A stretch of DNA of 64,000 bases from an uncultured virus (IMG/VR IMGVR_UViG_3300031788_000008) (Duplodnaviria; Heunggongvirae; Uroviricota; Caudoviricetes). Made by a program: the position numbers and the translations under genes. The stretch's first letter is position 1. Each line of letters starts with the position of its first letter. The notes under the pieces are model-generated. The model was given only the letters and a program-made list of their open reading frames with translations. It made no database searches and was not told the DNA's origin. Where the stretch lies: positions 1 through 64,000 of IMG/VR virus record IMGVR_UViG_3300031788_000008. The stretch is one strand, 5' to 3'. Shown here piece after piece: positions 11,547 to 20,200 of the stretch.

Positions 11547-11975
11547 TCATTGCCAAGTTCCGGTTATGAGTTGGGTAGCTAAACGGCCGTATCTGGCTGG
11601 GAGTTCTTTAGCGGCGGCACTTTGTAGCAAGTTTGACGCTGCTTCGTCCCATTCCCCTCGCTGCATATATGATAAGGTGTTGTGAAAAGCGAGTAGTCCA
11701 TGGACGCCTACATTAAATCCTACATTAATAAGAACACCTTGTCGTACTACATCTAATTTTGAGAACCAGGGTAAATTAGCGTTGAGATTAGCCACGACAC
11801 TTGTCACATCATCATTCAAAATAGAGTTGCTTTGAGCTAAAGTAATACCGCACCCCCGGCGTTTATCAATACAATGACCTGTTCCTATTGTCCAATAACC
11901 ATCATCATCTGGGTATGCGTATAAAACTGTTCCTTCATCCCGATCGAGCTGTGAAATAATATCTGTAATTGCCAT
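11547..11975 (-). CDS. GH24 (T4-type) lysozyme/endolysin
   Basis: Catalytic E-x8-D-x5-T motif in DEGTVLYAYPDDDGYWTIGTGH; FNVGVHGLLAFHNTL and WDEAASNLLQS segments are typical of GH24. Confidence 0.9.
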   Translation of the reverse strand: MAITDIISQLDRDEGTVLYAYPDDDGYWTIGTGHCIDKRRGCGITLAQSNSILNDDVTSVVANLNANLPWFSKLDVVRQGVLINVGFNVGVHGLLAFHNTLSYMQRGEWDEAASNLLQSAAAKELPARYGRLATQLITGTWQ

Positions 11976-11989
11976 TGTTATCTTCCTAT

Positions 11990-12775
11990 TTATAAAGCTA
12001 CATCCACATACACTTGATCTAAAGCAAAATTTATTGTTAAAATCATATGGGATTGTGCGGGAGTAGGATTGATAGCTGCTTCCCCTAACGAACTAGCTGG
12101 GGAATAACCCTCTATTACTCCCATCGGATTTGCTAAGGTTAACGTAGTAGACGATGATCCCAGACAGTTAAATGTCCCGTTATTACCAGCGTTTACAAAA
12201 CCCTTGATTGTAAGGGAGTACCCTGTATAAGCGTTGTTAATCCCTCCGGGGATAGTTCCTATATATGTTGTACTATCGGGTGGAGAGCTTAGTTTTTCCA
12301 CGGATACTAGAGAAAACAACCCTAGTTGGTTGCCTGCATCAGGTGAAAAGATAATTGAAATAACACCGTCTGCATAGGTTAGTCCTTGAGGGGAAAATCC
12401 TTGGAGTGATCCGTTGTAGTTATCGCTTAAAGCAAATCCATCAGCTAGTAAAAATTGCATCCACATCGGTAATTCTGAGGCTTGAGTAACGGGAACACTT
12501 TGATCTAAAATTACCAAGGATGCTAAGGAAAGCAGTACTAAACCATAGGTAGGAAAGGCTGCTGTGCTTCCTCTGTATGGATTAGGGCTGTTAGCAAATT
12601 CTGTGTACCAGGAAGCGTATACAGGACCTATATCCTGCACACCATTGGTGTAGTGAGTTCCGTCAAAAGAAAATCCGGTGTGGTTATTTGCAACTGGAAA
12701 GTAAAACCCATCATTTGTTCTGGGTTGTAAATCCAAGGAGGCTACTGTATCGATATTTAGGTAGTTGTAAGCCAT
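11990..12775 (-). CDS. putative virion protein
   Basis: 261 aa; shares the GFxNxxNNGTFxCxxSxxTxLTLxNPxGVxE module with the 17281 ORF. Confidence 0.6.
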   Translation of the reverse strand: MAYNYLNIDTVASLDLQPRTNDGFYFPVANNHTGFSFDGTHYTNGVQDIGPVYASWYTEFANSPNPYRGSTAAFPTYGLVLLSLASLVILDQSVPVTQASELPMWMQFLLADGFALSDNYNGSLQGFSPQGLTYADGVISIIFSPDAGNQLGLFSLVSVEKLSSPPDSTTYIGTIPGGINNAYTGYSLTIKGFVNAGNNGTFNCLGSSSTTLTLANPMGVIEGYSPASSLGEAAINPTPAQSHMILTINFALDQVYVDVAL

Positions 12776-12829
12776 ATCTAATAACTATTTTGTTAGTTGA
12801 TTTGAAAAACCCAACTATCGTTTCCTAAA

Positions 12830-13237
12830 GTGATGCGGCAGAAAAAAGAACTTAAAGGATTGAAGTTTGGATTTTTATCAGTACTAGGTCTTGGGCTTCC
12901 CCAAGGAACGCGGAATAGACCTACTTGGATAGTTCGTTGTATTTGTGGTAAAGAGAAGTCTATTCGTGAAGATGTCCTTGTGTCTAACAGAGTTAAGAGT
13001 TGTGGGTGCGCCTCCGGCCGATTAAAAAAATCAAAAATGGAAAAACGATATGGTCTTACGAATAAAAAATTTGGTCGGCTCTGGGTTGTATGGCGTATTG
13101 GATCTGTTCAAATAGGGAAATCTTATCATTCTCTTTGGATGTGTAAATGCATTTGTGGGACATTTCTTACTGTGCAGGGCGGGAAACTTACCAGTAACAA
13201 AACTACAAGTTGTTCAGCTTGTGCGATGGAGGATTAA
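12830..13237 (+). CDS. Cys-rich repeat protein like the N-terminal part of phage HNH/AP2 homing endonucleases, lacking a nuclease domain
   Basis: Two tandem KFGxLxV...WxxxCxCG...SCxC repeats; very basic; no HNH motif follows. Confidence 0.65.
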   Translation: MMRQKKELKGLKFGFLSVLGLGLPQGTRNRPTWIVRCICGKEKSIREDVLVSNRVKSCGCASGRLKKSKMEKRYGLTNKKFGRLWVVWRIGSVQIGKSYHSLWMCKCICGTFLTVQGGKLTSNKTTSCSACAMED

Positions 13238-16200
13238 ATGTCAGACCAATATGATCAGAAACAATACCCACTAATAGTAAGTCGTACACTTAATCCCTCG
13301 ATGAAAGCCCTCGCCACCGTGGTGGCGCGGCACGACGCGGAAATCACTGACGCGGATATCAATTTAATCCAAGATCTTCAAGATTTAAAAAGGTCTCAGA
13401 TACTTCAAGATAAATCGTGTGTAAGCGGCTGTTTGACTTACGCACCTCTGCAATATAATACAGCCATTGCTAATACTTTTTTCATCCCCACCTTTGATGT
13501 GTTGTGGAACAATATTGAAATACTAACTATCGCTGGTAATATGAGTCCCGATTTAACTCAAAACCGTGTGCAAATACCCACACCCCAAAATTGGACGCCA
13601 GGTGTTAACGCTCAAGATGCTCAGATATATGTTGTATTTCTTGAGATATGGTATCAAGCCCTTAATCCAGTTACCGGGCAGGGGTATTATCAAGATCCTA
13701 TTACCGGTTTGAATTATTTTTATCCTTACGGAGGAGTCAATCCCGATCCATCCAATGCTGAAATTGTACCTGATGATTCTATTGATCCGTTTGAGGGGTT
13801 GTTTACAACTGAGAGAGCACAGATCCAATGGCGCATCAATGTTCAACCTGTAGCTCTAACTTATAATTTTCAGACCTACCAATTTGGTCTAGACCCTGAT
13901 ACCACAGATGCCTCACCTTATGGTGTTCCTCTTAATGTATACGCGCAAGCTGGGCAACCAGCCCCTATAGCAGCATCTCAGTACCAATTTTACAACATGG
14001 GGAATGTAAACGGGGATACAGGTTTATGGCGAGCTGGGTCTCCTCCATGGAATTCAATAACTACTTACAATCAAGGAGATGTTGTTACTTATTCCGGTTA
14101 CACATATTCTAGCACTCAAGGTAGCAATCTCAATAATATTCCGTCATCTAATTCATCGTGGGTAGTTACTAGTACAGGAAACGTAAATAATTCTTTGGGT
14201 ACAATGGATGGTTACAGTTATGCAATGCCGCTGGCTGTTATCTTTCAACGTAACACCGGAATTTTTGATGTGAACTCCAATATATTTGGATGCGCGAGCG
14301 CTACTACCCCCAATTCCGGGGTATTGGCGAATCCCGTTTCTGGACGTTTTGATTCTCGATTAGCCGACCAGATATTTTCTGATAATGTAGTAGACACTCG
14401 TATCACAAACACTTTAGATGCTTGGGATGGAGAACTTCTTTTAGGGAATGGATTTGGAGATTTAGTACAAGGTAAAACACAGTTAGCGCTTTCTCGTGGA
14501 TTATCATCGGGCAATAAAGCAGAAGATTTAGGTTCCACTCTTCCTTACTATGTATCTATTGGCACAACCCCATCAGGAGGTACAATCCCTAATACATTCC
14601 CCGCTGGGTTATTTGATGGTTTTATGAACGGGTTTAGTAGTGATGCACGAACTTATGAATCCACCTATCAAATTACTACGAGTCAAAAATCTACAGGCAT
14701 CTCAGGAAATAACTGGGTGTTGGGGGATTCCTTTACTATTACTTTACCTTCTACATCTCAAGCTACAATTACCGATATTAGTGTAACGGCTCTTGTAACT
14801 CAAGGTACAACCAAAGTGCCCGCAGCTTTGTTACAGGGTCAGATTACTATTACAGGGCTAGGGTCTTCATCCGCCACAGTTACCTTTACTACAAATCTTA
14901 CCGGTACACTCTTTGATCCGGGGTCTAATAATCTTTACGCCACTATTAGCACAACTTATGCAGCTGGTACGAATGTAAATCTTCAGCAAATTCCATTTAC
15001 TGTGGATGGTGGAAGTATTTTTGACGCACAAGCAGGTGCAACAATGCCTGTGTTTGGTATATCAGAATATGATGTACAAGTGCCACAAGTAGTCCTGGCA
15101 CCGTCGAATCCTGTATATCAAACGGGGGGCGCTTCATTTGGTGTTTCAGCTAACTCTGTATATGCTATAAGTCCGAAATATTCTGATATTGTATTGGGTA
15201 CAAAAATTTGGCTGGCAGTACCAGGTTCTCTGGGAACATCCCAGACGATAGGTGGAAATTCTGTAACTACTTTCATGCTTCCAATGACCGGCATATCCGG
15301 ACAACTAAATGGTTTGTACTGTACCTCAGCATGGGATTTAGCTTCTGACGCACCCTATACAATATCTTCCTGTGTTATGACATCTACGACCCCAGCGGGA
15401 ATTATGCTTGTTGTTCAACTCCAAGCTTCTGTATCCCCAAGCTCTACTATTATTTTTTCAATCTTAGCTCAAAACACTGTTCAAACTACTTACAACGCTC
15501 CGGTGAAAGGTATTACATCAATTGAAGAAACTGTTATGTTTGGTAACTATCAATTGAACCAAAACGCAAGCCAAAACTTTCCTTGTGATACGCGAGTCGT
15601 GGTAGAAAATGTAAGTCAACCCGGAGGATCAGGCACACCCACTACAATAGTTTTAGGGGCTAATGGATGCACTATAAAGGGAATATCCGGAAATGATGTG
15701 TCAAGTTTGATTTGGGTAGCAGATAATTCAGGAAATTTAAATTCCCTTCCAATCACCAGTATCAATTTTGTAAATGATGTAGTAGTTGTAGTTGTGCCAG
15801 GTACTGTAAATCTAGTAGGAAATTCTGCTCAACCATTTTTATTTTGCGGTAGTATTTTGCCCGCCTTATCTGCTACATCTACCTTTATTGTAGAAATTCG
15901 TTACATACCTTATCAAGGGGAGGGTGTGATTAATAGAGATTATGAAATTTTAGCATCAGAAGATAACGCACTGGTGACATCTAACGGAACGGGTTCCGCC
16001 CCAATTATTGGATTAACAGATGTTTATCCCTATAACAGAGAACTGCCAATTATTACCACGCTCCCAGCGCAATCAAGTTGGGGAGATGCCGGTCTGACTA
16101 ACACTCCACTAGCTTCTGTATTCGATTCAAATTATGTAGCTATGCGAGCAGACAATGTAGAAACTACATTTTTGGTTCCTTTACATACAAATGATTTTAT

Positions 16201-17278
16201 ACCCCCTATCAATAAAGATACTCGTAAAACTATACGTTTTATAACCCCAGGGCAGCGTGGCTTTGCTACAGCAACTCCCCACATCGGGTTCGCTATTACA
16301 GCCCCCACCCCTCGTACAGTATTAGGACAGAATCTACAGAACACTACTGCACCAATTACTTTATACGTGGACAACTCCGGAGCTGGGAACGACAATAACA
16401 GCGGATTGACGGCGCTTGAAGCTAAGGCTACATTTGCTGGGGCTATGGCCGAACTTCCTCCAGTATTGAGTTTCCCTTGTGTAATTATTTTCAATTCAAC
16501 TGGGGTGCCTTATAGTATTTCAGCTCTTCAAAGTTCCCTGCAAACAGTAGCTTTAGGGGATGGTGATATTCGCTCACAGAAACAGTACTGTTTGGGAAAT
16601 TTGTCTCGGACTATTCAAGGAGAAGGCAGGTTAGTAATTTCTCAAGCCCCGCTTGCTTCGAGTCCAGTGATAATTACAGCATCAGGATTCGCAGGATTTG
16701 GAGATGGGCCTACGGCTGCTTTTTACATTGATACCAGTCGAGTAATTTTAAATGGTATACAGTTTGTAGGGTTCACCAATCCAGCTATTGTAGCGTATAA
16801 CGCTGATATTGATATGGTTGGATGCTCATGGATTGGTAATGCACAAGCAGGGTCGTACATTGGTTGTGACAGCGTTATTCTAGATGGTGGATATACATCC
16901 TTGGCAGATAACACCACAGGACATGTATGTGTGCAGTCAAATTTAACTTCTTCGAATCATAATCTCATAGTTAGCGGACCATCTGTCCCCCCAGAGCCTG
17001 GTATTTTTTATGTAGGAACTAGAGGGTCTACCGTAAATCTGCAAGTACATGCAGCTGGTTCTTCATCGCAGACAGATGAAAATTGGACAGTACCCACACC
17101 TACATTTATTGTAGTAGAAGCTCAATTGAATTCCAGTGTAGCAGTATCATCTACTTTTCAAACTAATGGATCGGCTGTATTACAAGCCAATTCTGTATTA
17201 CAACAAACAGCAGTTACTAATTCGTTTTTAGGTGGGGTGGTGGTAGATGCTAGTTCGTCAGTAGTGACCCAAGTATAA
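13238..17278 (+). CDS. large baseplate/tail-fibre protein
   Basis: 1346 aa; N-terminal DADINLIQD and VFLEIWY motifs typical of large-phage baseplate proteins; CBM-like WNSITTYNQGDVVTYSGYTY; C-terminal LYVDNSGAGNDNNSG...beta-helix-like region. Confidence 0.6.
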   Translation: MSDQYDQKQYPLIVSRTLNPSMKALATVVARHDAEITDADINLIQDLQDLKRSQILQDKSCVSGCLTYAPLQYNTAIANTFFIPTFDVLWNNIEILTIAGNMSPDLTQNRVQIPTPQNWTPGVNAQDAQIYVVFLEIWYQALNPVTGQGYYQDPITGLNYFYPYGGVNPDPSNAEIVPDDSIDPFEGLFTTERAQIQWRINVQPVALTYNFQTYQFGLDPDTTDASPYGVPLNVYAQAGQPAPIAASQYQFYNMGNVNGDTGLWRAGSPPWNSITTYNQGDVVTYSGYTYSSTQGSNLNNIPSSNSSWVVTSTGNVNNSLGTMDGYSYAMPLAVIFQRNTGIFDVNSNIFGCASATTPNSGVLANPVSGRFDSRLADQIFSDNVVDTRITNTLDAWDGELLLGNGFGDLVQGKTQLALSRGLSSGNKAEDLGSTLPYYVSIGTTPSGGTIPNTFPAGLFDGFMNGFSSDARTYESTYQITTSQKSTGISGNNWVLGDSFTITLPSTSQATITDISVTALVTQGTTKVPAALLQGQITITGLGSSSATVTFTTNLTGTLFDPGSNNLYATISTTYAAGTNVNLQQIPFTVDGGSIFDAQAGATMPVFGISEYDVQVPQVVLAPSNPVYQTGGASFGVSANSVYAISPKYSDIVLGTKIWLAVPGSLGTSQTIGGNSVTTFMLPMTGISGQLNGLYCTSAWDLASDAPYTISSCVMTSTTPAGIMLVVQLQASVSPSSTIIFSILAQNTVQTTYNAPVKGITSIEETVMFGNYQLNQNASQNFPCDTRVVVENVSQPGGSGTPTTIVLGANGCTIKGISGNDVSSLIWVADNSGNLNSLPITSINFVNDVVVVVVPGTVNLVGNSAQPFLFCGSILPALSATSTFIVEIRYIPYQGEGVINRDYEILASEDNALVTSNGTGSAPIIGLTDVYPYNRELPIITTLPAQSSWGDAGLTNTPLASVFDSNYVAMRADNVETTFLVPLHTNDFIPPINKDTRKTIRFITPGQRGFATATPHIGFAITAPTPRTVLGQNLQNTTAPITLYVDNSGAGNDNNSGLTALEAKATFAGAMAELPPVLSFPCVIIFNSTGVPYSISALQSSLQTVALGDGDIRSQKQYCLGNLSRTIQGEGRLVISQAPLASSPVIITASGFAGFGDGPTAAFYIDTSRVILNGIQFVGFTNPAIVAYNADIDMVGCSWIGNAQAGSYIGCDSVILDGGYTSLADNTTGHVCVQSNLTSSNHNLIVSGPSVPPEPGIFYVGTRGSTVNLQVHAAGSSSQTDENWTVPTPTFIVVEAQLNSSVAVSSTFQTNGSAVLQANSVLQQTAVTNSFLGGVVVDASSSVVTQV

Positions 17279-17280
17279 TT

Positions 17281-20200
17281 ATGTCAAATCCAAATGTACC
17301 TCTTTATAATTCGGCTCCAGCAACGGCGATTGTAGACCAAAACTACAATCTAACTTTAAGTTGGGTACCAACACCAGATCCAAACACTGGGTTGTATACG
17401 CTCTATGATCACTGGGATATATCATCTACTGTTGATTCTCTCCCCACTCAATTGGTTAAGTTTTCCCCACCCGCTGGGTGGAGTACGGCGGGTGGTAGTT
17501 TAACTTTCACACAAGTTCTATCGGCAGGAAATGTTGTTACTTTAAGTATGCAAGCATGGTTAGATACAGCAGAAACTACTTATCTAACTAATCCATGGGA
17601 AATTTCAGACCTTGCAACCCCAAGATTTTTTCCCAACGCTTTAGTGTCTTCTACTTTAACCTTTTACAACGGTACATCAAATTCTACATCCCTAGAGTTG
17701 GGACAACCTCTTACTGTAACTCTCAATCCAGCTTATGTAGCTGCCGGTCAATGGCAAATACTTTGGCCCGATGGAACTAATACAGGTTGGTTACCTTTGT
17801 CTATTCGAGCAATTACTAAATCTTTCTCTACACCGGGAGCTGGAAATGTAGTAATTCAAACTCGTTATAGCTATTCTGGAAGTCAATATGACCCGCCCAC
17901 TACACTTATTCGTCAATTTACCCAACAAATTTATGTAGTTGATCAACAGTCTCCCCAAACACAAGGAACCACCGTAGGGTTAACTGGTTATTTAGGTATC
18001 AGTGGACAACAAGGATTTGAAATTGTAACATCTTCCACACCAGGATATACAATTCAACCTTGGGAAGTCATCGCACGAGCAATTGTCAGAGACACAATTA
18101 CTAATGAATTAAAACTTCTGGTTGCGACATCCAGATATTCCAATGCTAGTTCTTTATTTGGCACTATGGCGGTGGATGTGTTTCCACTGGAGGGTCGTCC
18201 TCACGCAAAAGGGCTGATTACTCCTCCGTACGAATTGACAACTACATCACAAACAGAAACATCGCCTGTAGTAATATCTACTACATCTCTTCCAAATTTG
18301 ATTGTAGGTAAATCTGTAACTCAAATATTGGGGGGAGTACCACTGCAATTAACTACGAGTGCGGGAAGTGGCATAGCTCCTTTTATTTGGAATTCTACAG
18401 GACTGCCAAATGGCATTGTAATGAATACTAGTGGAGTAGTTAGTGGAACACCATTGGAATTAGGATTGTTCTACGCAACTTTTTCTGTGCAAGATTCCAG
18501 TATTCCATTCTCTATCGCAGAAGTAACCTTACCTCTATTAGTAACAACTGATTTGTTAGTTGAAATAGCTCCGGGGCAGACTGACGCTAACGGTAATACT
18601 TTAGTACAAACTGGAAGCACTTTGGGTTGGGCTCAAGTTAATACACCGTATGCTGTTCAGATGCAGGTTGGAAATATAAATACTTCAGTGTCTATTCCTG
18701 GAGGACTTCCTCCTTATACTTGGAGTATTCCAGCGGGCGCTTTACCAGTTGGTTTGAGCATCAACCCCAATACAGGATTGATATCGGGAAGTCCTTGTAC
18801 TTATAACTCAACCACAGACTTTTCTACTGTTTATTCAGCTACAGTTCAGGTAACAGATGCTATTGGTGCTAAAGCCACTCAAACTTACACTATGCAACTA
18901 GAGCCTGCAATGTTGACTTTTGGGCAACTAGATCAACCAGTGATATACGCTACACAACAGTTTAGATTAGTGGTTCCCGTTTTCGGTGGACTGTCCCCTT
19001 ATGTTTTGTCTGATTTTTTAATTCCATCATCTGATTCTTCTTACTACAGTACCGCTAGTTTGATCGATGGACAGGTGATACTAGATTGTAATTTCCCTCA
19101 AAATGCTACGGGGGTTCACACGTTTTCTCTTATCGTACGTGATAGCGCATCTCATACTGCTAACTCGTCTTTCAATGTTAACGTAGAGTCGCAAACAAAC
19201 GAGTCATTTTTAGTGCCAGGTTTCTTAGATTATGCGTGGCAAAGCTCTACTGATGTTTCTAAACCCACTCCTATACCAGTCACAGGTAATTTTTCAGGGT
19301 TTATTTTAAACGGATTGATTGTTGAACTAGATGCCGTTGCCGCGGCAGCGGGGGGAACTACAATCTATACAGATAGTGGATTTGGGTGTTCTTTTGGTGG
19401 AGGATCAGCAAACGCTTATGCTGGGTATACTTTTGCCGTATCGGGATTCCAAAACTCAGTTAATAACGGAACTTTTTTATGTACTGCATCTACAACTAGC
19501 TCTTTGACTTTGAATAATCCAAACGGAGTAGCTGAAAATCTGTTTCCGATTACATTCACTTTAACTTCAACTTCGCCAGTTACAGGTGTTCTTACTAATG
19601 TTGATTCCCCTTTTATTACAACTACAACATACACTGGAACTGTTTCTGGGGGTGCTGGCAACGCTTATGCTGGGCAATCCTTTGAAGTAAGCGGATTTCC
19701 AACCGCCGCAAATAACGGAACATTCTATTGTACTAATTCTTCATCAACTACTCTAACATTATCAAATCCTAACGGTGTAGCAGAAACTGGGATATCATCT
19801 CCACCTGCGACTGCTGTTCAATCTTCCGCTAAAGCTCTACAAGTTCAAAAAGGAGCCGTCTTATCAAACGGCATCACTGTAGCAATCGATCCTAATGTAC
19901 CGGAAATTGAATTTTCTGGCCCACCGTCTGGAGTTATCGGAAATGCACAATACATCGTACCTCTCCAATTTCAATTAGAATTTGAAGGGAGTATACAGGC
20001 TACTATTTCACAAACCTTTACAACCTTAGCGGCTAATGCTATATCACCTCCTTGGCTCACCGGAGATATTGGGGCTATATCAACTACTACTCGTCCTTAT
20101 TTATTTGGGGCATCGCAAAATGAACTGGTTGGATTAAATCCTCGTAAACCTTTTTATAATTCACCAAGCATTCCTGCTTTTAGTCCTACACCCACACCCA

